From Octopus sinensis (taxonomy: Eukaryota): a DNA stretch of 64,000 nucleotides. The DNA is taken from contig NC_043020.1 in NCBI RefSeq assembly GCF_006345805.1, positions 16,740,001 through 16,804,000 of the forward strand, read 5' to 3'. This document shows positions 1-12,368 of the stretch, in pieces (position 1 is the stretch's first letter; each line of letters opens with the position of its first letter). The translations under genes and the position numbers were made by a program. The notes under the pieces were generated by a model. It was not told where the DNA came from. It saw only the letters and a list, made by a program, of their open reading frames with translations, and did no database searches.

Positions 1-31
1 ATGTGCATATGCATGTATGTATGTGTGTGTG

Positions 32-70
<39 letters not shown>

Positions 71-182
71 CATACACATAGATAATTGTTGAACATTGGT
101 AGCCAAATTCTTTTAATACTGAATGCCTTATTGATATTTGCCAGAATTTTTTTATCCTTTTTTTCTTCTATGTGTGTGTGTA

Positions 183-213
<31 letters not shown>

Positions 214-373
214 ACACAGGCATATATATATATACATACATATATATATACACACACACATGTATGTATGTATATATATATATATATTTACACACAGACA
301 TATATATATATACACACACACACACATCTATACACACTCATATATATATACACACAGATATATATACATACAG

Positions 374-461
<88 letters not shown>

Positions 462-468
462 CAGATAT

Positions 469-665
469 CTCTATATATATAAAATTGAGAATGTGTGTCT
501 GTCTGTCTATCTGTTTCCCTAAAACTTGAGAACTACACAACCAATTTCATTCAAATTTTACACATGCCTTACTTAGGATCCATGTAGTTTCATGGGCAAA
601 AGAAATGTTCAACTTCTTGCCTAGGGCGAACCCATAGCAATATTATGGGTATCCCTTTATCATAG
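469..665 (+). mobile_element. Short non-autonomous Helitron-like element
   Basis: Starts TC followed by (TA)n AAAA, like the other Helitrons here; subterminal hairpin ACCCATA-gcaatat-TATGGGT; ends about atag (degenerate CTAG). Confidence 0.4.
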
Positions 666-748
666 ACGATGTGAGATGGTTAAATAGAGGTAAATGTTTG
701 AGTTCGAAACATTTACTTCAAATATTTTCCTCTAACTATCTCACAACT

Positions 749-791
749 TCTCTGATGAAGGGATATCCATATCCCAGAAACAGCTGTAAGA
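749..791 (+). ncRNA. Minimal type I hammerhead ribozyme motif (core intact, short stem I)
   Basis: UCU-CUGAUGA-A-GGGAUAU/cc/AUAUCCC-A-GAAA-C-AGCU-G-UA|AGA. Stem III has 2 bp with the palindromic loop AGCU; stem I has only 3 bp. Confidence 0.7.
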
Positions 792-796
792 CTATA

Positions 797-1006
797 CTCT
801 TTACTCTTTTACTGGTTTCAGTCATTTGACTGCGGCCATGCTGAAGCACCGCCTTTAGTCGAGCAAATCGACCCCAGGACTTATTCTTTGTAAGCCCAGT
901 ACTTATTCTATCGGTCTCTTTTGCCGAACCGCTAAGTGACAGGGACGTAAACACACAAGCATTGGTTGTCAAGCAATGCTAGGAGGACAGACACAGACAC
1001 ACACAA

Positions 1007-1041
<35 letters not shown>

Positions 1042-1212
1042 CATATATACGACAGGCTTCTTTCAGTTTCCATCTACCAAATCCACTCACAAGGCATTGG
1101 TCGGCCCGGGGCTACAGCAGAAGACACTTGCCCAAGATGCCACGCAGTGGGACTGAACCTGGAACCATGTGGTTGGTTAGCAAGCTACTTACCACACAGC
1201 CACTCCTGCGCC
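797..1212 (-). mobile_element. SINE family B (tRNA-like head, CORE-like GCACCTTGGGCAAGTGTCTT segment, internal microsatellite, (AAAGAGT)n tail)
   Basis: Close match to the copies at 11607, 25748, 31581, 55583 and 58556; CTATA is duplicated on both flanks. Confidence 0.85.
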
Positions 1213-1834
1213 TATATCTATATCTCCTTATAAATGTCCTGAAAACTCTGGCTGTGTTATCTCTTTTGTCTAATATATATATATGTATATGTATATGTAT
1301 ATACATGTATATACATATATATATATATATAATAAAGCTTATATATAAAGAACGTGAAATTCACGAATTGACAAACACGGAAAAACGGACAGTAATTCAG
1401 AGCCTTCATTCTTCAGTCAGAAACCGATTCATCATGGCAAATTTTGGCTGTTTAATTCTGAGATTTGCTCCAAAAAGGCCAGCCCCAAGGCAAAAGCTAA
1501 GCTATGGGCATTAGATTTGCTTGGTAGAAGGAAAGAATGTGACAGCCGAGACGAACAGGAAAACAAGAGACGAAGATAAAATTTACAGTAACGAATAAAA
1601 ACAGGAATGATACGGGGGCGTCATACGACTTTGAGACAAAATGAGACAAAACAATTGATCAGCAGCGTGGGAAGTGGTTACCTTTTCGGTAGAGAAGACG
1701 TGTTGTACGAACGGCTGCCAGCAGTGGAATGGCTTAGCAGTAGTAGGTTTGCAAGAAGGTGAGAGAGAAAGAGAGAGGGGGGATTACACACACACACACA
1801 CATATATATAATATATATATATATACACACACAT

Positions 1835-1879
<45 letters not shown>

Positions 1880-1886
1880 TATATAC

Positions 1887-1939
<53 letters not shown>

Positions 1940-3209
1940 CAGGGGTTGGACAAAATAATGAAAACACCTTAAAATTTCAAACAAATTTATTTTAATATGG
2001 GGTAGGACCGCCTTTGGTTGTAATTACAGCTTGAATTCTACGAGGTATGGACTCGTATAAAGTTTGAATTGTTTCCAAAGGAATTTTTGTCCATTCTTCA
2101 GCTAAAACAGTCTCCAATTCTTGTAGTGATGATGGTGGAGGATATATCTACTCATTACTTGTTTTTCTAAAATGTACTGTAAATGTTCAAAAATATTGAG
2201 ATCTGGGGGTCTATGGTGGCCAGATAAGATGTTGAACTTCACTAGAATTTTCCTCATGCCATTCAGTAACAACTTTGGCTGTGTGAATTGGTGCATCATC
2301 ATCCTGAAAGATTCCGTTTCCCTCCAGAAACAGTTCTGCAACCATAGGATGAATTTGATCAGATAAAATGCTTAAATAGTCTTGACTGTGAATTCTGCCA
2401 TGAAGGGAAACCATTGGGCCGGCAGATTTCCAAGATATAGCCCCCCCCCCCCCAGATCATCACAGATCTTCCTCCATGTTTAACAGTTGGAAGAAGGTAG
2501 TCTGGGTCAAATGCTTCTTTTGGCTGTCTCCACACGTATACTCAGCTGGTGGTCAGAAATAGGGTAAAAGATAGCTTGTCCAAGAAAATAGCATTCTTCC
2601 ACTGCTCTAGGGACCAATTCTGTAGGTTTTTACTCCACTCTAAATTCTTTGCAACATTTGTTTTTGAAAGTAGTAGTTTTCTGATTGCAGCCCTCCTGTG
2701 AAATCTGGCTTTATGCAGCTCCCAGAGAAAATTTTTTGTGGAAACTGGCTTTCTCTAGGTGGTTTCTCTAAATTCTGGCTTTCTCTAAGCTCTGCAGTAA
2801 TTTTGGGAGCTGCACTTTTGTGATCTTTTCTAACAATTTGCATAAAAGTCTGACAGTCCCTATCTCAAAGTTTGGGTTTTCTTCCAGAGTTTTGTTACAA
2901 CAAGGAGCTTTTTCCCTCTTTCTGAAAGGCTGTCATTACTTTCGAGACAGTATTTATTGATACACCAAGCACTTAGGCTGTTTTTATTACACTAGCACCT
3001 CTTTGAAAGTCTGATAGATCCTTCGTTTTAATGAATTTTAATTACCTTTTTCTGATGATGTCTGAAAAGAAACAGCAAAACATATTAAGCAACACTAATA
3101 ATAAATCAAAAAACATAAAAATAAACAAGCTTTTTACAGTTCTGTAGATATTTCAAAATTATGATGCTATGACACTAGGAGGTGTTTCCATTATTTTGTC
3201 TGACCCTTG
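1940..3209 (-). mobile_element. Decayed Tc1-type (DD34E) DNA transposon, full length between TIRs
   Basis: TIRs CAGGGGTTGGACAAAATAATGAAAACACCT and AGGTGTTTCCATTATTTTGTCTGACCCTTG, flanked by TA. Minus-strand fragments read FQDDDAPIHTAKVV, HLIWPP and PDLNIFEHL; frameshifted. Confidence 0.9.
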
Positions 3210-3482
3210 TATGTATATATATATGTATATATATACACACGCACACATACACATATACATATGAACCCTGAAGCAGTTCTCTCCCCTAAAAGGGAATCTT
3301 TACTCTCTCCTTTATTTCTTAGTAAACTCTCTCTCTCCCTCACACCAAAAACATCTGTAGGTGGCAGCCCCAACAGTCCACAGTTAAATTTCCCAAGCTT
3401 ATATATGTGTGTGTGTATGTGTACATAAGTATATATATGTGTCTGTTGTGTGTGCATGTGTATGTATGTATATATATATATA

Positions 3483-3744
3483 TGGCACTTGTGCCGGTGG
3501 CACGTGAAAAGACATTCAAGTGAGGTCGTTGCCAGTACCGCTTGATTGGCCCCCTTGCTGGTGGCACGTAAAAGCACTCACTACACTCTCAAAGTGGTTG
3601 GCGTTAGGAAGGGCATCCAGCTGTAGAAACTCTGTTAGATCAAGATTGGAGCCTGGTGCAGCCATCTGGTTCGCCAGCCCTCAGTCAAAATCGTCCAACT
3701 CATGCTAGCATGGAAAGTGGACGTTAAACGATGATTGATGATGA
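3483..3744 (+). mobile_element. Repeat family D (GTGGCACGTAAAAGCAC tandem units, GGCGTTAGGAAGGGCATCCAGC block, (ATG)n tail)
   Basis: The same sequence occurs at 6587-6903(-), 17380-17865(+), 18854-19203(+), 27775-28000(-), 33129-33400(-), 46405-46589(+) and 60840-61275(-). Confidence 0.8.
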
Positions 3745-3876
3745 GGATTTACATATATATGTAGTGTTTGTTTTGATGTTCAATTATAATAATGGTAATT
3801 TTATATTAATCTGATGGGTTACACTATATTTTTGTTGAGTACAAATTTATTATTCCTATACGAGAATGTTTTTGAT

Positions 3877-3917
3877 GGTAACTTTGAAGTTTCAGCCTGC
3901 TGAGGCTTTCATCACAC
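3877..3917 (-). ncRNA. Degenerate hammerhead motif (C3 mutated to G)
   Basis: Minus strand reads GU-GUGAUGA-A-AGCCU/cagc/AGGCU-GAAA-CUU-CA-AAG-UU|AC. Stem II is a perfect 5 bp; the first core base is wrong. Confidence 0.45.
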
Positions 3918-5021
3918 TGTGTTGCATTGGAGTTAATCTTGGGTGTGTGGGTTCGAATTGAATTGAGTGGTAATCATGTTGCAGAATAGGTTGGGATGGT
4001 GAATACTTTAGAGAAATTCTTATTGATTAAACTGGGGGTTATATTATTGTTATTGTTTAGAGTGTATTCATGCATGTTGAACTTTGTAAACAGTTGTGTA
4101 TATTTAGGTGTGTCAGCTTCTGGCCATGAGACTGTTTTTTAGTCGTTCACAAAAATGATATAGGTATAGGAAGTATTTTGGTCAGTATATGTGCCAGTAG
4201 TTTTCATTATTTTTGGTGTTATTGGATTTAATCATTTTGTTTTGACAATGTAAAGGTCAAAGTTCAAAGTTTGGTCCAGTATCTAAAAACTTATTCATCC
4301 TTACGTTCTGAATTCAAATTCCACTGCGGTTGACTTTGCTTTCCATCATTTCAGCATCAATAAAGTAATCGACTTACCCCTCCCCTAAAATTGCTGGCCT
4401 TGTGCCAAAATTGGAAACCAATATTTCAAAACTTATCAATTGCTTGTGTCACCATTTTTGTAATGGAATTTTATAAGAATTCACAAAAGAATGTAAGTTG
4501 GTGGTATATTTTAGTTGGTCAGTTTCTTTATTTGTTGCTATTTAGGGTATTTCTTGTTTATATTTTTGTATGCATAAATATATTCTAAATGATAGCATAA
4601 CCCCAAATTTAATCAATAAAAATTTCTCTAGAACACCTCACTATCACGACCCCATCCAACAACCTAATTACTATTCAACTTGGACTCATATACCCAAAGA
4701 AAATTTGATCTCAACAGAGACTATATAAAGCCAAGATTAACTTCAAAGCATCGCCATCCAACGATGGATTAGCTGGATTAAACTTTGAAGTTACTGACAA
4801 TAATATTCTTGTTTAAGTATAACAAATATGTATATATATATACATATGTATATATGTGAACATTTATTTATTTATTTTTATTTATCTATTTAATATCATC
4901 TGGGTAATAAAACTCAGCAACTAAACAGCTGTTAATAATGCACAGAAACGGTTGTGATGATTTGTAGTTCAAGTCTGTTCATTCCATCTTTATTTAAGCA
5001 TTTTTATATACATACATATAT

Positions 5022-5060
<39 letters not shown>

Positions 5061-5211
5061 TGTGTATACATATTTATATACATGCTCTGGTCAAACCGTC
5101 CAACCCATACCAGCATAGAAAAACGGACATTAAAGGATGTTGGTGATGATGATATTACATGTACATATGTGTATACACACACGTATATATACATATGTGT
5201 GTGTGTGAGTG

Positions 5212-5247
<36 letters not shown>

Positions 5248-5349
5248 AGTGTATATATATATATATATGTGTGTGTGTATACATATTTATATACACACAC
5301 ACATATATATATTACATGGACATATATGTGTATATATATGTATGTATAT

Positions 5350-5392
<43 letters not shown>

Positions 5393-5554
5393 AGTAGATA
5401 AATGAATTATCTTATTACGGATAATTCGAAAGATAACCGATACCTGGGTAGCAAACTCACAACAGAAAGAACACGGTTGAAGTTACGACCATAGGGCATA
5501 TACTCCGTGCCTTTGTGCGGAAATTTGAAGTTTAATTTAATATTCTTTCCTATA

Positions 5555-5602
<48 letters not shown>

Positions 5603-6181
5603 TACACATACAGCCTTCATGTAAAATCTGAAGCGTTGGATAAATAATTTTTGCTAACCAGTTAACAGGGCTGTAGTGACAGACTCCACCTGTTAGTGAG
5701 TGATGTTTGTGTTGATGGAAGAAAGAAGCCAGTCACACTGAAAATATTCCTGTCATAAACAGCAGTGTTGCACTAAACATGTTTCTTGGTGTGGACGGTG
5801 TGTGTGCAAACACATATGGATGTGTGTGTATGTGTACATCTACATGCACGTGTGCATATGTTAGGTGTTTGAGAGAGAGAGTGAGTAGGTGGGGAGGTAG
5901 AGGTGGTCATGCCATGCTGAGATGGAGGCAACTAGGAAAAATACAATAAAATTAGTAAGTAATCAATACTGCTAACCTTATCTATGTTGCAGAAATCATT
6001 AACTGTTTGCACTAGAACATCAGCTCAATTGTGCATTTGTGTGCTAGATTTTTCTGTTAACACATCTGAGGGTGGCTGCTACTATCTAACCAAGCCACCA
6101 TGTTATTTATTAAACTCCGAATCAATCTGAATGCTTTTATTTAAAGCACACAGTCTCTCTCAGTCTCTCTCTCTCTCTCTC

Positions 6182-6223
<42 letters not shown>

Positions 6224-6322
6224 CACACACACACACAAACATATGTACACCTACAGATTCATACATAGAAACAAACACTGGTGTCTCTTCATTCTGCACC
6301 ACACGAATCGCAAATGAATATT

Positions 6323-6365
<43 letters not shown>

Positions 6366-7020
6366 GTATACAAGCACAAATCTACATCCTAGAGTTATCT
6401 CTCTCTCTCTCAGCATATGTTTAAATGTATACTTCCCTATGTATTTGTATATATGGAGGTACATGTATGTACATATATGCAATGTAAGCGTGTGTATCTA
6501 GCTTTATATATATATGTGTATGTGTGTTTATATATATATTTGCTGTGCAAGATTTTTTATGTGAAGTCGTGTGTTGAAACAGATAATCATCATCATCATC
6601 ATCATTTAGCGTCCGTTTTCCATGCTAGCATGGGTTGGACGGTTCAACTGGGGTCTGTGAAGCTGGAAGGCTTCATCAGGCCCAGTCTGATCTGGCAGTG
6701 TTTCTACGGCTGGATGCCCTTCCTAACACCAACCACTCCATGAGTGTAGTGGGTGCTTTTTACGTGCCACCCGCACAGGTGCCAGACAGAGCTGGCAAAC
6801 AGCCACGAACGGATGGTGCTTTTACGTGTCACCGGCACGGGGGCCAGGCGAGGCTGGCAACGGACACGAACGGATGGTGCTTTTACGTGCCACCAACACG
6901 TAAAAAATAAATAACACTGAAGCAAAGTAACATCAAATATATTGTGCATGTGTTTTTATTGGCTAAACTGGCAAAATGACCATTCCTAAATACAACAATA
7001 TATATGTATATATATATGTG

Positions 7021-7081
<61 letters not shown>

Positions 7082-7727
7082 CTTTGAATATGTATGTATT
7101 GATACAGAAACCAAGCCAAATTAAACTGGAACCTGGTTCAGCTTCCAGTTTGCCAGCGCTGGTCAAACCGTCCAACCCATACCAGCATGGAAAAATGGAC
7201 ATTAAAGGATGTTGATGATGATGATATATAGAAAGATACCTAGATACAAATGTGTGTTTATGTGTAAACATGTATATGCATATTATATAAGTATGGATGT
7301 ATATATGTGTTTATGTATGGATAAATATACATATGTGGAGGCACACTGCTTAATGGTTAGGATGTTGGACATATGATCATAAGATTGTGATTTCAGTTCC
7401 TGGACTGGACAGTGCATTGTGTTCTTGAGCAAAACACTTCATTTCTCATTGTTCGAGTTAACTCAGCTGGCAAAAATGAGAGATTTTTCCACAGACTGAT
7501 GTCCAGTCTAAGTGGAGAATATATTTTCCACAGAGTCCAGGAAACTGGCCTTATGAGCCTATGTATCAGGAAGGACCTTTAATGATTTTACACATGCTTG
7601 CATTTGTGCATGTATATATACATATTATGTATGTGTGTGTGTATATATATATATACATATTGGTAAAAACGGTAAGATAACAAAAGAAAGAAAGAGACCT
7701 CAATATTATGTAAATAGAGGAAATTTA

Positions 7728-7955
7728 TCTGTAAAATAACATGTGACAATTATTCGATAGCCAAGATAAAACTCTGAGTTTTGGATGCCGAAGTGGAAAT
7801 CCACAACACCATCTCTTCAGTTATCTGGCCATCTGAAAAACATTTTTTCAGATGGTCAGATAACCAAAGAGATGGTGTTTGTGGATTTCCACCTCGGCAT
7901 CCAAAACTCAGAGTTTATCTTGGCACCGAATAATTGTCACATATTATTTTACAGA
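7728..7955. repeat. About 228-bp fold-back (near-perfect palindrome) with a hammerhead remnant in each arm
   Basis: The left arm TCTGTAAAATAACATGTGACAATT...CATCTGAAAAA is the reverse complement of the right arm TTTTTCAGATGG...AATTGTCACATATTATTTTACAGA; loop of 2-3 nt. Confidence 0.95.
7760..7829 (-). ncRNA. Type I hammerhead motif with a G12A core mutation
   Basis: GCCAGAUAA-CUGAAGA-GAUG..GUGGA/uu/UCCAC..CAUC-C-AAAA-CUC-A-GAG-UU|UUAUCUUGGC. Stem I has 9 bp with one bulge; GAAA is read as AAAA. Confidence 0.65.
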
Positions 7956-7978
7956 GAGAGATATATATATATATATAG

Positions 7979-8017
<39 letters not shown>

Positions 8018-8712
8018 ATATTTATATATATATATATATGTATATATGTATATATATATATGTATATTTATATATATATGTATTATATGTATATATATAT
8101 ATGTATATATATATATGTATATATATATATGTATATATATATATGATATATATATATGTATATATATGTATATATATATATGTATATATATATATGTATA
8201 TATATAATATATATAGAGAGAGAGGAGAGAGAGAGAGAGAGATAGACCAGACATACACAATGTATGTGTTTTACTTGTTCACCAGCAGGCTGTAGCTTAG
8301 CATGGTGGGGGCAACTCCCTCAACGTGCCAAATGCTAAAACATGTGAAAGTCATAGCCAGGCAAGATAACTCACACCAAATCCCATGCAGGGTGTGATGG
8401 ATACCAATATTTCACCATTTTTGTGGCTTATCAACATCCTGTACCTGAATCAAATTGAAACTGAATCACCAGCCTATCCTAAATACAAAATGTGTAAAAA
8501 CCATTTGCTGGTATGCAACAATGATGCAGACATAAGAATAAATTCAAATATGAATTAGAAGCAACATTGGTGTGGCAAACATTATCAGCCACCTCACATA
8601 CCCAATGCATGTACCTTACTCGTTTGCTGATAGGCTATGAATTAGTGTGATGGGGACGACTTACTCAATGTGCCAGCTGTTAAAATGCCTGAAAGTCATT
8701 GACGGGCAAGAC

Positions 8713-8747
<35 letters not shown>

Positions 8748-8751
<4 letters not shown>

Positions 8752-9014
8752 TTTGGGATTTGCAGAGGGTCAAAGGTGGGTAACGAAAACAGGACAGTGG
8801 AGGAAAGGGAAAAGCTCTATATTGTCATTAAATGCTAGAATAGAAATGAGAGTAGATGGACAGCTGACAACTGATGAAGGGTCATTCTTTATGTTACTGT
8901 CTTGTTTTGTTTGCCATTTGTTCTCTCACTGTTTACATACCCCAAATGTCTTCGCATTTCATGTTTATGTTTTGTGATGTCCTGAACCCATATATGCATA
9001 TATATATATTATAC

Positions 9015-9047
<33 letters not shown>

Positions 9048-9464
9048 CTATATATATATATATATTATATGTATATATATATATGTATATGTATATATAT
9101 ATGTATATGTATATATATCTGTATATGTATATATATATGTAATGTATATATATAGGTATATGTATAATATATGTATATGTATATATATATGTATATATAT
9201 ATGTATATGATATATATATGTATATGTATATGTATATGATATGTATATGTATATATATGTATATGTAATATATATATGTATATATATATTATATATATAT
9301 ATATGTATATATATAATATATGTATATAATATATATTAGAGATATATATGTATATATATATATATATGTATATGTATATATATATAATATATGTATATGT
9401 ATATATATATGTATATGATATATATATATATGTATATATGTCTATATATATGTATATATGTAGG

Positions 9465-9497
<33 letters not shown>

Positions 9498-9505
9498 TAT
9501 GTATG

Positions 9506-9538
<33 letters not shown>

Positions 9539-9904
9539 ATATATATTATATATATATATATGTATATATAATATATATATATGTATATGTATATATATAT
9601 CTATATGCATATATACATATATGTACATACATACATATTATGTATATATATATATATATATATGCATATATGGGTTCAGGACATCACAAAACATAAACAT
9701 GAAATGCGAAGACAATTTGGGTATGTAAACAGTGAGAGAAACAAATGGCAAACAAGACAAGTAACATAAAGAATGACCCTTCATCAGTTGTCAGCTGTCC
9801 ATCTACTCCTCATTTCAAGCATTTAATGACAATATGAGGCTTTTCCCTTTCTCCACTGTCCTGTTTTTGTTACCATCTTTGACCCTCTGCAAATCCCAAA
9901 TTTT
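8748..9904. repeat. Inverted pair of a ~250-bp element (8748-9000 +, 9661-9904 -) around a ~660-bp (TA)/(TATG) tract; a third, diverged copy at 9941-10120
   Basis: The arms are near-identical reverse complements (AAAATTTGGGATTTGCAGAGGGTC...CCTGAACCCATATATGCATA). Confidence 0.92.
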
Positions 9905-10176
9905 ATTTTGGTTCGTGAGAGCAACTGCCTTTCTAAGCATCATATTGTTGTTAAATGCTCAGAATGAGGAGTAGATGGACAGCCAACTACTGATGACGGT
10001 TCATTATTTATGTTACTTATCTCGTTTTCTATTTGTTTCTCTTGTTGTTTGCATACCCAAATTACCTTTGTATTTCATGTTGTTTATGTGTTGTGACGTC
10101 CTGTTCTCATATATGCATATATAGAGAGAGAGTTCAGATATTATACACAGAGAATATGCATATAGTTTATGTACAC

Positions 10177-10210
<34 letters not shown>

Positions 10211-10227
10211 TATATATTATATATATA

Positions 10228-11008
10228 TATAAAATTAGAAAAAAACACCTTTATCAATTAAATATGACCAATTAAATTACACCATCTAGAAAATACATAT
10301 AATAGAAATATTAAAATTAAAATAACAATAAAATATTAATGACTAGCAGTATCGCCCGGCGTTGCTCGGGTTTGTAAGGGAAATAACTATATAAGCATTT
10401 TTAGAGACTTACTTCCCTTATAGATGCCAATTCGGGCTTTCTTAGCCATTTCTGTTTTGGTGTCTTCAAGCCATGAAGTCGTTGTTCTAAAAGAACGCTG
10501 GTCTCCTTGACAACGCTTTACGACGTTGATTTCCTTACACTGCCTTATTTTTAAAATCGTAGACTCATCGTAGACGCGCGCTAATAGCCAGACGGGCTTG
10601 ATATTAATCACAACTATAAGATACCCGAATTTGGTTAAACTGCACCGCAAAATGTGGGAGGAGTTAGGAATCTAAATCGAAGAGGACAGACACTCACACA
10701 ACTAGAGTTTTATATATATAGATTAAGTAAATTGCAAAAAAATAATAAAAACATATAATTGGTAGAATAATGACACGTGTTTTGTGGCTATATTTAAGAA
10801 ATGATTATAGTAAAAAATTAATTAATAGTAATTTTTTTACTATAATCATTTCTTAAATATAGCCATGAAACACGTCGTTATTCTACCAATTATATACGTT
10901 TCTATTATTTTTTAATTTTAATATTTCTATTATATGTAATTTTCTAGATGGTGTAATTTAATTGTTCATTTTGAATTGATAAAAGGTGTTTTTTTTCTAC
11001 TTTTTATA
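10228..11008. repeat. AT-rich fold-back element interrupted by a Helitron
   Basis: Arms AAAATTAGAAAAAAACACCTTTATCAATT... and ...AATTGATAAAAGGTGTTTTTTTTCTACTTTTT; centre near 10823; Helitron inserted at 10343-10722. Confidence 0.85.
10343..10722 (-). mobile_element. Non-autonomous Helitron
   Basis: The minus strand starts A|TC and ends CTAG|T, with the hairpin CCCG-agcaacgc-CGGG about 10 nt before CTAG; no TSD. Confidence 0.85.
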
Positions 11009-11606
11009 GATATACATATATATTATATTGTGTGAAATTTGATTTAGTATTTCTAAATTGAATTTTTTCCCTGTAAGTTAGGATTAATATTCCCTCAAAT
11101 AATTATAATTATCATCATCATCATCATCATCGTTTAACGTCCGCTTTCCATGCTAATACATATATATGTGTGTGTGTGTGTGTGTTCCAGGTTCAGTGGC
11201 ACCATGGGAAGTGTCCTACCAAAGCTTTGGGAGTGGATTTTGTAGACAGAAACTGAAAGAAGCCTACCATATGTGTGTGTGTGTGTGCACGTATGTCTTT
11301 GTATCTGTGTTTGCACACCCCACCTCCACTTGACAGTCAGTGTTGGTGTTTTTATGTCCCCATAATGTAGAAGTTCAGCATAAATGTCTGACTGAATAGA
11401 TACCAGGCCTTAAAAAAATTAGTACTGGAGTCAATTCCTTTGACTAAAATTCTTCAAGGCAGTGCCCCAACATGGCCACAGTTTAAATGACTAAAATAAT
11501 TAAAAAGACAACATATATATACACACACACACATTCATATCTCATCAAACTCTGACTGTTATCTATCATTTCATTCAGTTTTCATATAGTAATATATACA
11601 TATATA

Positions 11607-11986
11607 TGCGCAGGAGTGGCTGTGTGGTAAGTAGCTTATTTACGAACCACATGGTTCCGGGTTCAGTCCCACTGTGTGGCACCTTGGGCAAGTGTCTTCT
11701 ACTATAGCCTCGGGCCAACCAAAGCCTTGTGAGTGGATTTGGTAGACGGAAACTGAAAGAAGCCCGTCGTATATATGTATATATCTATGTGTGTATGTTT
11801 GTGTGTCTGTGTTTGTCCCCCTAACCGATGCTGGTGTGTTTACGTCCCCGTCACTTAGCAGTTCGGCAAAAGAGACCGATAGAATAAGCACTGGGCTTAC
11901 AAAGAATAAGTCCCGGGGTCGAGTTGCTCGATTAAAGGCGGTGCTCCAGCATGGCTGCAGTCAAATGACTGAAACAAGTAAAAAGT
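11607..11986 (+). mobile_element. SINE family B, full length, short internal microsatellite
   Basis: GGAGTGGCTGTGTGGTAAG head, GGTTCAGTCCC B-box-like motif, GACTGAAACAAGTAAAA tail. Confidence 0.85.
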
Positions 11987-12368
11987 ATACATGCACACAC
12001 ATACACACACATGTGTGAGTGTAATGATTGATTTATATTTTGTGTATTTATACATTTCAGAGCCTACATAGTTATACATGCAGGTGAGAACCTGTTGAAT
12101 TGTTGAATACATTAGAACAAAGATTGTGTGTCTGTCTGCGTGCGTTAGTGTAGAGAGAGAGTATGTGGGTGTATGCTTAATAGTGGATGGTTTGATATGT
12201 TGATCAATAAAAATTACGAGTGACTGTTGATGACAACATGGTTATGTATACTTATATAAAAAGGGAAGTGGCTTGGTGTCTAATGTATATATTCAATATT
12301 TTTACAAGTTTTAAGGCAGTGAGCGAGCAGAACCGTTTGCACGCTGGGCAAAATGCTTAGTGATATTT

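Noticed and set aside
1385-1420. Minus-strand CTGAAGA...GAAT...GTC
   Set aside because: GAAA is altered, there is no convincing stem II, and stem I does not pair.
5404-5445. GAATTATC/GATAATTC hairpin followed by GAAA
   Set aside because: It resembles stem II plus GAAA, but CUGANGA and stem III are not recoverable.
8860-8950. CTGATGAAGGG in the 250-bp inverted element as a hammerhead
   Set aside because: There is no GAAA-stem III-UH at a usable position; the distant CCCAAATTGTC match leaves no stem III.
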